From assembly GCA_963555825.3 (NCBI GenBank), contig CAUVXB020000002.1, forward strand, positions 1,760,001 through 1,824,000: a stretch of 64,000 nt of DNA, read 5' to 3'. The notes beneath the pieces were generated by a model, which was given only the letters and a program-made list of their open reading frames with translations, made no database searches and had not been told where the DNA came from. This DNA is from Alphaproteobacteria bacterium (GTDB taxonomy: Bacteria; Pseudomonadota; Alphaproteobacteria; JAAXGF01). The number at the start of each line of letters is the position of its first letter. The first letter of the stretch is position 1. Positions 1 to 10,305 of this stretch are shown in pieces. Made by a program: the position numbers and the translations under genes.

Positions 1-953
1 GCGGGCGGCGGCGGTTCGGCCGGCCGGCCTTGGCGCCAGGCCAGGATCTCGAAGGGTCGCGCGCCACGCGGTGTCAGGCGCAAGACGGCCTCGCGCACGA
101 AGACCGCGCCCCGGCCGCCGAGCGCCTCGACGCGGATCGTGACGACCCGGCCGCGCGAGCGCGCGACATAGCTCTTGAGGCCGACGATCGTCGTCGCGCC
201 CTGGGTGGCGTCGTCCTCGGCGGCGGTCGCGCGGCTGTCGAGAAGGGTCTCGATGTCGGCATCGGTAATGCCGGGAATCGCGCTCAGCACCACCGCCGAT
301 GCCTTCGACGGGTCGATCCGGCCGCCGCGCCCGGCGTGGACCGTCAGATGCGGCGCCGCCAGCTCGTAGAGCGCACGGGTCATGCCGAGCACCTGCTCGA
401 GTTCGGCGACCGTCGCGAACGCCGCGTCCTTGGCCTCCCAGGCGAGCCCCGCGGCGCGGTAGTCGTCGTCTTCGGCGCCATCGGCGCGCGCGACGTCGTC
501 GGCGTCGCGGAAGTCGGCGATGGCGTGGACTAGCAGGCGCGCATGCTCGGGCTCGGCGCCGAGCGCGAGGAACAGGCCCTCGACCATGTCGTCGGGCGCG
601 CGGTTGAGATCGACCTTGCCGGCCTCGTCGAAAATGCTGATGGCGACCTCGCCGCCGCCGAAGGCCCACGGATAGAGCCGGCCGTCGCTCTGCCAGCGCG
701 CCTCCGGGTCGCGGTCCAGCAGGCCGATGACGGCGCGGTAGACGCCGGCGTCGGCGAGCGCGCGCGCCTCGGCGTTGCCGAGCAGGTTGCGTGCGACCTG
801 CGTCTCGACGGTGGTGTCGCGCAGGAACCCGGCGGCCATCACCGACAGCAGCACCAAGACCCACAGCACCGCGACCAGCGCAACGCCACGCGGTCGGGTG
901 GCGGGTGGCGGCGTGGCGCTATTGCGTTTCGTCCGACCGCGGCTCGTCGTCAT
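1..953 (-). CDS. gspK: Type II secretion minor pseudopilin GspK (runs off left edge)
   Basis: Manual translation from ATG at 953: ...RPRGVALVAVLWVLVLLSVMA...DEAGKVDLN...AIADFRDADD...FATVAELEQVLGM, typical GspK motifs; not in ORF track because no stop in window. Confidence 0.85.
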   Translation of the reverse strand, partial: MTTSRGRTKRNSATPPPATRPRGVALVAVLWVLVLLSVMAAGFLRDTTVETQVARNLLGNAEARALADAGVYRAVIGLLDRDPEARWQSDGRLYPWAFGGGEVAISIFDEAGKVDLNRAPDDMVEGLFLALGAEPEHARLLVHAIADFRDADDVARADGAEDDDYRAAGLAWEAKDAAFATVAELEQVLGMTRALYELAAPHLTVHAGRGGRIDPSKASAVVLSAIPGITDADIETLLDSRATAAEDDATQGATTIVGLKSYVARSRGRVVTIRVEALGGRGAVFVREAVLRLTPRGARPFEILAWRQGRPAEPPPP

Positions 954-1512
954 CTTCGCTCTCGGCCTCGGGCTCGGCCGGCTCCGGTTGCTGTGTCGTG
1001 CGCTTTTTCCGGCGCTTCGGCCGCGTCGCGTCGGTCAGCTTGAGCACTTCGGTCGCGTCGCCCTGGCTAAGCGTCATGGTGTCGGGCTCGATGGCGACGA
1101 CCAGCCAGCCGTCGACGCGCTGGCCGACGACCAGCCTGAGAAAATCGCCGCCCCTGCGCCGCGTCACCAGGGCGACACGCTCGTCCGACGAGGTGACGAT
1201 CCCCAACAGGTTGAACAGGTTGCGCTGGGCTCCGACAGTGGGTTCCGCCTCGACTTCGACCTCCTCCGGCTCGGGCGGTCGGCGCGTCGCCATGAACAGC
1301 GGCCGGGCGACCGTCTCGGAGAAGTCGCCGATCGGCGGCAGCTCGGTGGGCGCCTCGGGCGCATCCACGGCGGCGGCCGGCGGCGCCGGCGCGGCGTCGG
1401 CGTCGATCGCGATCGGGCCCGCCTCGAGCGTGCGCCAGACGTGATAGCCGAGCGCCAGGCAGAGCGCGATGAGCAGCAGCGACGGCCGCCGTCGTGTCTT
1501 GCGCCCGCTCAT
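919..1512 (-). CDS. T2SS GspN/GspC-like accessory protein
   Basis: MSGRKTRRRPSLLLIALCL...ETVARPLFMATRRPP...LLGIV; start overlaps gspM stop. Confidence 0.65.
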   Translation of the reverse strand: MSGRKTRRRPSLLLIALCLALGYHVWRTLEAGPIAIDADAAPAPPAAAVDAPEAPTELPPIGDFSETVARPLFMATRRPPEPEEVEVEAEPTVGAQRNLFNLLGIVTSSDERVALVTRRRGGDFLRLVVGQRVDGWLVVAIEPDTMTLSQGDATEVLKLTDATRPKRRKKRTTQQPEPAEPEAESEDDDEPRSDETQ

Positions 1513-2084
1513 GACCCGTCGATCCGCATGTAGCCGAAGACGTCGAAGCGCACCTGCAGGATGCCTTGGTTCTTGTTCTTGCGGCGCGAACGCCGCTTGG
1601 GTCCGCGCAGGTCGAGCCGGTCGAGGAACAGGTAGGGCGTCGCCGTTTCGAGCGCGTGAAAGACCGCCTGGGCGGCCTCGGTGTCGGCCATCATGGTCAC
1701 CCGCACGGCGACCTTGCGAAAGGTCTCGCCGTCTTCGGCGGGCAGGATCTGCGTGCTCTTCAACTCGGCATCGTTGGCGTTGGCCAACGCCTTCAGCTTG
1801 TTCTGTATGCCGGCCGTGGCGAGCTCGACGCTGTCGCCCTCGATCAGCCGGCCCGCCGTCGATTGCGTCTCGCGCAGCGCGGCGAGTTGGGCCTCGAGCT
1901 GCTGGCGCTCGAGCGCGATGCGCATGTGGCGGCTCAGCAGGTCGCGCGACTGCTCGATGGTCCTGTCGTGTTCGGCGAAGCGCAGCTTGACCGGCTCGAC
2001 GATGCCGGCCCATGCGCCGAGCGCCGCCGCCGCCAGTAGGACGAGGGCAAGCAGGCGGCTGACGGCGGGCGACAGGCCGTTCAT
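1509..2084 (-). CDS. gspM: Type II secretion protein GspM
   Basis: N-terminal TM, coiled coil, LETATPYLFLDRLDL; follows gspL. Confidence 0.8.
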   Translation of the reverse strand: MNGLSPAVSRLLALVLLAAAALGAWAGIVEPVKLRFAEHDRTIEQSRDLLSRHMRIALERQQLEAQLAALRETQSTAGRLIEGDSVELATAGIQNKLKALANANDAELKSTQILPAEDGETFRKVAVRVTMMADTEAAQAVFHALETATPYLFLDRLDLRGPKRRSRRKNKNQGILQVRFDVFGYMRIDGS

Positions 2085-3184
2085 GGCGCAACCTTGTCGG
2101 GTGCGATCCGGAACGACATGTTGAAGCGCTCCAGGCCGGTCCGCGGGTCCTGGGTGACCGACGACCGGAAGCGGGGCCCCTGCAACCTCGGCGACTTGTC
2201 GATCAGGCCGATCAGCGCCGAGGCGGTCGGCGCATAGCCGGCGATGCGCACCTCCTGGGCGGCGACCTTGAGCTCGAACAGCCAGGTGTCGTCGGGCAGG
2301 ATGCGCGTCAGTTCGTCGAGCAGTGTCACGGCCGAAAACGCGTCGCGCCGCTGGCCGCCGAGGAACGCCCGTTCCTTGCGCAGGGCGTCGACCTCTTCGC
2401 GCAGACGGAGCGTCGCCTGCGCCTCGACCTTGGCGACCATGACCCGGGCCAAGAGCGCGTCGGCCGCCGTCTGGCGCCTGTCGAGCGGGATGTACACCGC
2501 GGCCGCGATCAGCCCGGCGGCGACCAGCGCGAGCAGCAGGTTGACCGGTGATGCGCCGGCGCCCGGGCCGGCGACGGTGCCGCCCGGCAGCAGGTTGACG
2601 CGGGGCGCCGCGTCGGCGTCGCGGTCGACGACGTCGACGATGTCGGGTGTCAGGCCCCAGCGCTCGGCGCGCGCGATGGCATCGTCGACGATGGTTCGCG
2701 GAATGACCGTCACCTCGACGGTCAGCCGCTTGGCCTCGGCGTCGCGGCCGATGACCTCGAAGTCAAAATAGACCTCGTCGGGGGTGAACGGCGTCTGGCG
2801 GTCGATCTGGAAATAGAGCGCTTCGCGCAGGTCGGGCTCGGCCGCCCAAGGCAGATCCAACCGGCGTCGCAACACGCGGTCGCCGGGCAGGCGCAGGACC
2901 ACCGGGTTGCGGTTCGGCGCGCCGCGTCGCACCGCCTTGCGCACGGCCTTGCGTTGCGCCGCCTCGTCGATACCGTCGAGCTCGGCGCTGCCGATCTCGC
3001 GGCCGTGCTTGCCTCGGTTGAGCGTGGCGATGATCGAGCCGCCGGCCGGCGCGACGATCAGATACGCCGCGGCCGGGCGGAACAGCCGGCGCAGGCCTTC
3101 GGGCAGGCATTCGGCCAACGCGCCGAACCACCAGGCGAAGAAGCGCGGAATCAGACGGTGCGGGCGGGTCAGGGCGGTGTCCAT
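2081..3184 (-). CDS. gspL: Type II secretion protein GspL (PilN-like C-terminus)
   Basis: FFAWW, QIDRQTPFTPDEVYFD, LDELTRILPDDTWL motifs. Confidence 0.85.
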   Translation of the reverse strand: MDTALTRPHRLIPRFFAWWFGALAECLPEGLRRLFRPAAAYLIVAPAGGSIIATLNRGKHGREIGSAELDGIDEAAQRKAVRKAVRRGAPNRNPVVLRLPGDRVLRRRLDLPWAAEPDLREALYFQIDRQTPFTPDEVYFDFEVIGRDAEAKRLTVEVTVIPRTIVDDAIARAERWGLTPDIVDVVDRDADAAPRVNLLPGGTVAGPGAGASPVNLLLALVAAGLIAAAVYIPLDRRQTAADALLARVMVAKVEAQATLRLREEVDALRKERAFLGGQRRDAFSAVTLLDELTRILPDDTWLFELKVAAQEVRIAGYAPTASALIGLIDKSPRLQGPRFRSSVTQDPRTGLERFNMSFRIAPDKVAP

Positions 3185-3251
3185 GGGTGTTAAGCGCGAT
3201 TTCAGTTCCCGGTCACTATATCAGGCCGCGGCGATGGCGGATAAGCCTGCC

Positions 3252-3914
3252 TCAGGGGACCATCGGCGCGACGATCAGCGGCGGCCAGGTGCGGCCATCG
3301 TCGTCGTCGAAGGAAATCTCGACGCGGACCAGCACCGGCAGCCCCCTCTTGCCCTCCCAGCGGTCGACCCATTCCGTGTCGCCGCCCTCGGCAGCGGCGC
3401 GCAGGTAGGCGAATTCGACCTCCGCGACGTCGTCGACCAGAACGCTTTCCTGGCCTTCGACGGGGCGCGCGCCGTCGTCGTCCTCGGATTGGTAGAGTTG
3501 CCAGGCCAGCATCAGCCGCTCGCGGCCGTCGTGTTCGTCGACGAACAGCGAAACGCGATAGAGGCCGCCCAGGGCGAGATGGGCGGGCAGGGGTGCGATC
3601 AGACGCATCCGCGTGCCATCGCCAGCGAAGCCGATGACCGATGACTGGTCGTCCTGGCGCGACGCGAGCGGCCGCGCCGCGGCGATCTGACGCCTGAGAA
3701 AGCGTTGCGCGACCTGGACGTCGGCGATGCGTTCGATGCGCGCGTCGCCGGCCTCCCAGGCGCGCGCGCCGAAGCGCAGGCCGCCGAGCATCAGCACCGA
3801 GATGAAGCCGAGCAGGACCAGCGCGACGAGCAGCTCGACCAGCGTGAAGCCGCCGGCGCGCCACTTGCGCGCACTATTCGGCGGGCGCCAGGCGCAGCGT
3901 GGTGAGTGTGACAT
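3252..3914 (-). CDS. gspJ: T2SS pseudopilin GspJ
   Basis: Prepilin motif GFTLVELLVALVLL; operon position. Confidence 0.85.
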   Translation of the reverse strand: MSHSPRCAWRPPNSARKWRAGGFTLVELLVALVLLGFISVLMLGGLRFGARAWEAGDARIERIADVQVAQRFLRRQIAAARPLASRQDDQSSVIGFAGDGTRMRLIAPLPAHLALGGLYRVSLFVDEHDGRERLMLAWQLYQSEDDDGARPVEGQESVLVDDVAEVEFAYLRAAAEGGDTEWVDRWEGKRGLPVLVRVEISFDDDDGRTWPPLIVAPMVP

Positions 3915-4269
3915 CGCGTGGATCATCCCCATCGCCCCAGCTTACCGCGACGACGACCCGGAAGGCACGCCCGGCCGCCGCCTCGTCGTCGCTGTCGGGT
4001 ATCTCGTACGGCTGCACGTCGAGGCGCCAGCGGAAGCGGCCGTCGAAGTCGCCCGACGTCTCGCCCGCCGCCAGCGGCGCCTCGACGCCGACCGCGGCGA
4101 GCATCGATTCGGCATACAGCGTCGCCGTCGTGTAGTCCTCGGCGACGCGCGCGTTGCGCAGCCCGGTCGAGAAAACCTGGATCAGCACGCCGAGCGCCAC
4201 CGCCAGGATCACGAAGGCGACCAGCACCTCGATCAGCGTGAAACCACGCATCTGGCCCGTGGCGGCCAT
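3874..4269 (-). CDS. gspI: T2SS pseudopilin GspI
   Basis: GFTLIEVLVAFVILA, 131 aa. Confidence 0.85.
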   Translation of the reverse strand: MAATGQMRGFTLIEVLVAFVILAVALGVLIQVFSTGLRNARVAEDYTTATLYAESMLAAVGVEAPLAAGETSGDFDGRFRWRLDVQPYEIPDSDDEAAAGRAFRVVVAVSWGDGDDPRDVTLTTLRLAPAE

Positions 4270-4271
4270 GG

Positions 4272-4709
4272 CTAATCCCTGATCGAGACGCGGCCGGTGA
4301 GCCAGTCGACGTCGACATGGTAATCACGCTCGTCCAGCGCGAGCGTCACGCGCCCGCCGGTCGAGCTGCCGTCGGAAAAGAAGCGGATCGTGCCGACGGT
4401 CTCGTCGCCGAGCTCGGACCGCGCGGTCTCCAAGGTGATGTCGAGCGCTTCGTCGAGCGACCGCGTCGCGCGCCCGTCGTCGACCGTGAAGCGATGGGCC
4501 GCGACGTCGAGCGTGAAGGCGACCTCGCGGTTGCGACTGATTGCCAGGCTGCGCGCCGTGCGCAAGCCGGCGGCGACGTCGTGAGCGGCGCTGGTCAGCG
4601 TGACGCCGGGCAGCGCGTTCGAGGCGTAGGGTGCGGCGATGACCAGCATCAGCGCCATGAAGGCGAGCACCACGATAAGCTCGATCAGGGTGAAGCCGCG
4701 CGGCGGCAT
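4272..4709 (-). CDS. gspH: T2SS pseudopilin GspH
   Basis: GFTLIELIVV, IRFFSDGSSTGG, VDWLTGRV. Confidence 0.88.
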   Translation of the reverse strand: MPPRGFTLIELIVVLAFMALMLVIAAPYASNALPGVTLTSAAHDVAAGLRTARSLAISRNREVAFTLDVAAHRFTVDDGRATRSLDEALDITLETARSELGDETVGTIRFFSDGSSTGGRVTLALDERDYHVDVDWLTGRVSIRD

Positions 4710-4714
4710 GGCGG

Positions 4715-5185
4715 CTACCAGCTCACCAGGTCCTGGTCCTCGTCCTCGCCGCCCTCCTGACCGTCTGCGCCCAGCGAATAGATATCATAGTCGCCGTGCT
4801 CACCCGGGAACCGGTAAATGAAACGGTTGCCCCAGGGATCGTCGATCATCGCGCGCTTCTTGAGGTAGGGCCCGTTCCAACGCTCGGCGTCCGCCGGGCG
4901 CTCGAACAGCGCGTCCAGCCCCTGTTCCTCGGTCGGGTAACCGCCCGCGTCGAGGCGGTAGAGGTCGAGCGTGGCGCCGAGCTGCTGGACCTGGATCGCC
5001 GCGGTGTCCGACTTGGCGCCACCCAGATATTTGAGCACCTGCGGCACCGCGATCAGTGCGAGGAAGCTGAGGATTGCCAGCACGACCAGCAGCTCGAGCA
5101 GGGTGAAACCGCGCGACCGGCGGCGCGGGCGCCGGCCGGACGGCTGAACGACGGTGGCGGGTAGGGCCGCGGCGGAAACGATCAT
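4715..5185 (-). CDS. gspG: T2SS major pseudopilin GspG
   Basis: GFTLLELLVV, YRLDAGGYPT, WNGPYL, DPWG, SLGADGQEGG. Confidence 0.95.
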   Translation of the reverse strand: MIVSAAALPATVVQPSGRRPRRRSRGFTLLELLVVLAILSFLALIAVPQVLKYLGGAKSDTAAIQVQQLGATLDLYRLDAGGYPTEEQGLDALFERPADAERWNGPYLKKRAMIDDPWGNRFIYRFPGEHGDYDIYSLGADGQEGGEDEDQDLVSW

Positions 5186-6224
5186 TACAAAGCCAGCTCG
5201 TTGACGCTGAGGAAGGCGACGAGAACCGAGCCTATGATAGCAGCAATCAACAATCCCAGGCCAATCGTCAACAATGGCACCAGAAGGCTCAGGAGTCGCT
5301 GGGTGGTCCGGCCGACCTCGCCGTCGAAGATGTCGGCGACCTTGGTGAGCATGGTCTCGAGTGCGCCGGTTTCCTCGCCGACGCGGACCAGCTGGACGGC
5401 GAGCGCGGGGAACGCGCCTGACGCCGCCATCGGCTCGGCCAGGCCCTTGCCCTCCTTGAGCCGGTCGGCGACGCCCTCGACCGCCGCGCCGATCACCGTG
5501 TTGCCCAGCGTGTCCTTGACGATGGTCAGCGCGCCCAACAGCGCGACGCCGTTGCCCAGCAGCGTGCCGAGCGTGCGCGCGAAACGCGCCACCTCGATCT
5601 TGCGGGTGAGGTCGCCGAACAACGGCAGACGCAGCATCATGCCGTCCCAGCGTCGCCGGAAGGCGGCATTGGCGAGCCGGCGGCGCACGAACAGGACCAG
5701 CGCGATGGCGACCAGCGCCATCAACCAGAACCAGCGCTCGAACACCTCGCCCACCGCGACCAGCACCCGCGTCGCGAGCGGCAGGGCCTCGCCGGCGTCA
5801 TCGAACAGTGGCTTGAACTCGGGGATCACCAGGGTCAGCAGGACGATGATAGAAAGCCCGGCCATGACCAGCAGGATCACCGGATAGATCAGCGCCGAGC
5901 GCACGCTGTCGGTCAGCGCCTGCGACTTCTCGAGGAAGCCGGCGAGCCGCGCGAGCACGACATCGAGCGTGCCGCCGGCCTCGCCGGCCCGCACCATCGA
6001 GACGTAGAAGTCGGGGAACGTGCCGTCCTGGTCCGCCATGGCGTCGGCCAGCGTCACGCCGCCACGCACGCCGTCGAGGACGCGCACCAGAAGCTTCGCG
6101 ACATTCTCCTTATCGGCCAGGCCGACCAGGATCTCGAGCGCGCGGTCGAGCGGCAGGCCGGCGCCGAGCATGGTGGCGAGCTCGCCGGTGACCAGCGCGA
6201 CGACGCGGCGCGATACCTTGCGGT
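5185..6224 (-). pseudogene. gspF: GspF inner-membrane protein, 5'-truncated by IS
   Basis: LATMLGAGLPL, AGEAGGTL, ALIYP, VGEETG; reading frame runs upstream into the IS end at 6225, N-terminus missing. Confidence 0.85.
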
Positions 6225-6742
6225 GGGTGCGAGTCTCGCATGGCAGTGATGTCTGCGGCTTGGTTCGTTGAGTTCAGGCAGCGATTGCCATGGCTGCTGC
6301 ACGTGGACTGATGTTGTCGTTGGCCGGTGTGTCGGTTGCGCTGATCAGGGCCTTCCATGCCCGCTCGAAGCGGCCGGATTTGATCAGGGCGCGGAAGGTC
6401 AGAACAGCCTGTCCGCCGACGATCCGCCAGCGCATGCCGGAGCGCTTCATGCGCTGTGTCACCAGGGTCTTGTTGGCAGCTTCGACCACGCCTGAGCCGA
6501 TGGCGATGCCCTCTTCCTTCAGGGCGTGGTAGCGCATGCGATGGCGATGCTTGCGGAAGAAGGCGAGTTCCCGCTCGGTCTCGGCCCGGTCCGGCGCAGC
6601 GGCGGCATCGCGAAGGTGGCGCAGCGCCCGGATCACCTTGGCGACGCCACGGGGATCGTGACGGAGGATCTCGCGGTACTTCTCGAACCAGCCGGGCGCC
6701 ACGGCATGGTCGGACGCGGTTTGCAGATGTTCGCAAGCATGC
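6225..6742 (-). mobile_element. 3' fragment of ISKra4/ISLre2-like IS (same element as 48440-50093)
   Basis: Matches 48440-48957, starts with IR GGGTGCGAGTCTCGCATGG; cut by IS21 end. Confidence 0.9.
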
Positions 6743-6933
6743 TGTCAATGGCGGAGCAAAAAGGGACCACCTCGGCGGTGTAAGAAGGGACCGCTTGGCG
6801 GCTGCGGGCTTGTCCCCGTAGTCCACGGGAGGGCCCCGCGCGCGACGCGGCGTGCCCTCAACAGGCTGACGCGGCGGCGCGCGCGGGAGGGACCTGTGGG
6901 CCCACGGGGTCAAGCGTGGGCTGGGTGGTCGGT

Positions 6934-7698
6934 TCAGTTAGCAGTCGGGGTTTGACGCCTGCGGCTCTGGTTGAGCCTGTAGCTGTCACCGTTCATCTCG
7001 AGGATGTTGACGTGGTGGGTGAGGCGATCGAGGAGCGCGCCGGTGAGGCGCTCGGAGCCGAACACCTCGGTCCATTCGTCGAAGGGCAGATTGGTGGTGA
7101 CCAGGGTCGAGCCCCGCTCGTAGCGTTGGCTGAACACCTCGAACAACAGCTCGGCGCCGGTCTTCGACAGCGGCACGAAGCCGAGTTCGTCGACGATCAG
7201 AAGCTTGTAGGTGGCGAGCTTCTTCTGGAACCTCAGCAGCTGCTTGTCATCGCGGGCCTCGATGAGTTCGTGGACCAGCGCGGCGGCGGTGATGAAGCCG
7301 ACCGAGAGGCCCTTCTGGCAGGCCGCCAGGCCGAGACCGAGGGCGATGTGGGTCTTGCCGGTCCCACTGTTGCCGAGCGCGATGAGGTTCTCGCGGCGCT
7401 CGATGTACTCGCAGCGGGCCAGCTCCAGGACCAGCGCCTTGTTGAGCGAGGGGATGACCTTGAAGTCGAAGCTGTCGAGGCTCTTGACCACGGGGAAGCG
7501 CGCCGCCTTGATGCGCCGCTCGACCATGCGGCGCTCGCGGTCGATCAGCTCGAGCTCGGCGAGTCTCAACAGGTAGCGGACGTGATCGACGCCTTCCGAG
7601 GCGCACTGCCGGGCGATCTTGTCGTACTCGCGCAGGAAGGTCGGCAGCTTCAGCGTCTTGAGGTGGTGGGCGAGCAGCACTTGCGGTGTGTCGGTCAT
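6934..7698 (-). CDS. istB: IS21 ATPase IstB
   Basis: GNSGTGKTH Walker A, LLIVDELG, ALLDRLTHH. Confidence 0.95.
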   Translation of the reverse strand: MTDTPQVLLAHHLKTLKLPTFLREYDKIARQCASEGVDHVRYLLRLAELELIDRERRMVERRIKAARFPVVKSLDSFDFKVIPSLNKALVLELARCEYIERRENLIALGNSGTGKTHIALGLGLAACQKGLSVGFITAAALVHELIEARDDKQLLRFQKKLATYKLLIVDELGFVPLSKTGAELLFEVFSQRYERGSTLVTTNLPFDEWTEVFGSERLTGALLDRLTHHVNILEMNGDSYRLNQSRRRQTPTAN

Positions 7699-9194
7699 GC
7701 GCCGAGCCCCGACAGCAGGCTCATGTACGACTTGGCGGACGTCATCGCGACCCGGGCGCGCGGCAGATACGGATAGACGTCGAGGTTGAGCCTGGGCGGC
7801 CGCCGCTCGATGCGGCACAGTACCAGGTGCTTCACCGCATCAAAGCCGATTGCGCCGAGCCTGAGCGCGTCGCCGACCGCACCCTCGACCTCCTCGAGCC
7901 GGAAGGTCTCCAGTAGACGGAGCACCTGGACGTACTCGCGCTTGCCTGCCTTGCCCATACGAGCTTCGAGGAGCCGCCGCAGAGTGATGAAGGCCTCGGG
8001 CAGGTCCCAGCCCGCCAATGGCGCGGCCTGGTCGAGGGCGCCGATCTTCTGCTCGATCAAGGGCAGGTAATGCAGCGGGTCGAAGATCAGGTCCTCGCTG
8101 TCGTAGGACCGGCGGTGCCGGGCGATCACCTCGGCCCCGCAGCTGATCACCACCTCATCGACGTAGCCCCGGATGAGCACCTCACGGTGGCCGTAGGCCA
8201 CGGGCACGGAATAGTCGTTGCTGCGGTAACGCACCAGCGACAGCGAACTCGCCCGTCCAGGGCGCTTATCGCAGGCATCATAGGGAGCAGGCGGCAATGG
8301 CAAGAGAACTTGACGATCCCGCTCGAGACGCTCGCCGATGGTCTCCTTGTGGCCCCGCAGCCGCGCCGCCTGGCGCCGGCGGCACTGTTCGGCGAGAGCA
8401 TCGTTGAGGGCCGCGAAGCTCTCGGCACGCGGGACGGGGACCAGGAAGTTCCGCCGGATGAAGCCGACCAGTCCCTCGACCTTGCCCTTGTCGTTGCCCT
8501 TGCCCGGCCGGCCGAACCTGTCCTCGAACAGATAGTGGGACTGAAGCTCCGTGAAGACGCGCGTTCGCTGCCGCTTCCCATCGCCCAGGATCCGGGCAAC
8601 CGCCAGCTTGGTGTTGTCGTACAGGATGGATCGGGGGACGCCGCCGAAGAAGGCAAACGCCGCGTTGTGGCCATCGCAGAATGCTTCGGTCGTCTCCGCC
8701 GGATAGGCCGCAACAAAGCAACCATCACTGTGGGGAAGGTCGAAGGCAAGGAAGTGGATCTTCCGTAACGCGCCGCCGATCACCGCCATCGCTTCGCCGA
8801 AGTCCGCCTGGGCGTGACCGGGGGAATGGGAGAGTGGCACGAACACCTCACGCGACCGAAGCCCCTGCTCACGAACGTAGTCCTTCACGATGGTGTAGCC
8901 GCCCGTGAAACCGTACTCGTCCCGGAGGCGGTCGAAGATGCGCTTCGCAGTGTGCCGTTGCTTGCGGTGGCTGGTCCGATCGTCTTCCAAGATCCGATCG
9001 ATGATTCCCGTGAACGGACCCAGCTTTGGCCGCCTCGGCGGCGCGCTTCGGCGATACCCTGGCGGCACCGAGAACGACAGCATCTTACGGACCGTCTTGC
9101 GGTCTACACCAAACACCCGCGAGGCCTCGCGGGTGCTCATCCCCTCGACATGACACGCCCGCCGAACCCGTGCGTACAACTCCACCCGATACAT
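7695..9194 (-). CDS. istA: IS21 transposase IstA
   Basis: AQADFG, ILYDN, KGKVE DDE motifs. Confidence 0.95.
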   Translation of the reverse strand: MYRVELYARVRRACHVEGMSTREASRVFGVDRKTVRKMLSFSVPPGYRRSAPPRRPKLGPFTGIIDRILEDDRTSHRKQRHTAKRIFDRLRDEYGFTGGYTIVKDYVREQGLRSREVFVPLSHSPGHAQADFGEAMAVIGGALRKIHFLAFDLPHSDGCFVAAYPAETTEAFCDGHNAAFAFFGGVPRSILYDNTKLAVARILGDGKRQRTRVFTELQSHYLFEDRFGRPGKGNDKGKVEGLVGFIRRNFLVPVPRAESFAALNDALAEQCRRRQAARLRGHKETIGERLERDRQVLLPLPPAPYDACDKRPGRASSLSLVRYRSNDYSVPVAYGHREVLIRGYVDEVVISCGAEVIARHRRSYDSEDLIFDPLHYLPLIEQKIGALDQAAPLAGWDLPEAFITLRRLLEARMGKAGKREYVQVLRLLETFRLEEVEGAVGDALRLGAIGFDAVKHLVLCRIERRPPRLNLDVYPYLPRARVAMTSAKSYMSLLSGLGA

Positions 9195-9312
9195 CCCCCC
9201 CGCCTTCCAGTCAGAGCAACCCTGACAGAAGGCTATACGCGGTCCCATTTTGGTCCGCCGCAGCCGGATCGACCGGCCGCTTCAGTGGGGGATTATTGCT
9301 CTGCCGTTCTCA

Positions 9313-9705
9313 TGCATCGGGGCGACAGGTTCCCACGTTCCACACAAGAGCCTGAACCAAGGTAACGCCGCCTTTATGCCGGACGCCATCTGGGCAGTAA
9401 GCAGGCTATCTCCCAGACTTCTCCCGGGCTAACGAAACCCACCCGGTTTTGACGACTTCTTTGCACTTTTCGACACGTCATCAGCGGTTCGCTTGCGCTC
9501 GTCTCCTTGGACCTCACCTGACCGGATATCGTCCAACCTTTTCCTCAACGCTCACCACCATCGCTCTTTACGACAGCAGCTTGAGGCGGTTTGAAGCCTG
9601 CTCCTGCAAGCCGACTTCGAGGGGCCATACCCTCATCTCCTGTGCAGCATGGCTGCTTAGGACTTGCCTAACTCATGGCTCCTCCTTCGCGCCTTCGTGG
9701 CGCAC
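9313..9705 (-). ncRNA. Group II intron 5' portion (domain I region), truncated by IS21; no RT ORF present
   Basis: Minus strand starts GTGCG at 9705; candidate EBS1/EBS2 pair with the upstream exon. Confidence 0.8.
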
Positions 9706-9999
9706 TCTCGTCCAAGTGCCACCGTTCGGTCGGTCGTGGCCGCCGACGTTGAATCCGCCGCGCATAGGCCCGACCGAATTTCAAGACCCATCTTCGAACT
9801 GTCTCATACGAGATGTCGAGACCACGCTCGGCAAGCAGGTCCTCAACGTCCCGATAGCTCAGCGTGAAACGGCAATAGAGCCAGACGGCATGCTGGATGA
9901 TGATCGGCGGAAAGCAGTGACGATGGTACGATATCTTGCACATTCAGAGACGCTAAAGCACCGGCCGTGCCGAAGCCACGCTGTTAACGTGACAATGCC
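9706..9999 (-). mobile_element. IS6-family element, 5' fragment (transposase 9943-9706 interrupted after WHLDE)
   Basis: IR GGCATTGTCACGTT; ISYHRHCFPP...LSYRDVEDLLAERG...ETVRRWV...WHLDE. Confidence 0.88.
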
Positions 10000-10179
10000 C
10001 CAGAGCCGCATAAATAACGTGTTTATTGGAGGTCGATACTGGAAACTGCGCCGTCGTGTCGCTCCTTCTCATCGACGTTGAAACAATCGAAGGAGCTTGA
10101 GGCTGCGTCCTTCAGCCTCATAGCATCTTGTAGCCAGGAGGAGACATTTGTCGGCACCTTTGACATCCCTAATCAGACC

Positions 10180-10269
10180 ATTGGATGGTTGCGGATGGGA
10201 TGCAGTTCTCCCGGCGGTGGAACAGTGGTACGGTTTCCCCAAATTTGGGGATTATCCGGGCAATGTCGG
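10180..10269 (+). mobile_element. Degenerate IS1380-like terminal remnant
   Basis: Aligns by eye to the reverse complement of ~32565-32655 (gtggtacg.tttcc...aatttgg...aatgtcgg). Confidence 0.45.
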
Positions 10270-10305
10270 TTTAGATGAGTTCTCTATCGAACGTTCCTGA
10301 AAAAT

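Larger units (their letters stand above)
6743..9312 (-). mobile_element. IS21-family element
   Basis: TG...CA ends, IRs TGTCAATGGCGGAGCAAAAA / TGAGAACGGCAGAGCAATAA; istA+istB; no matching target duplication. Confidence 0.92.
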
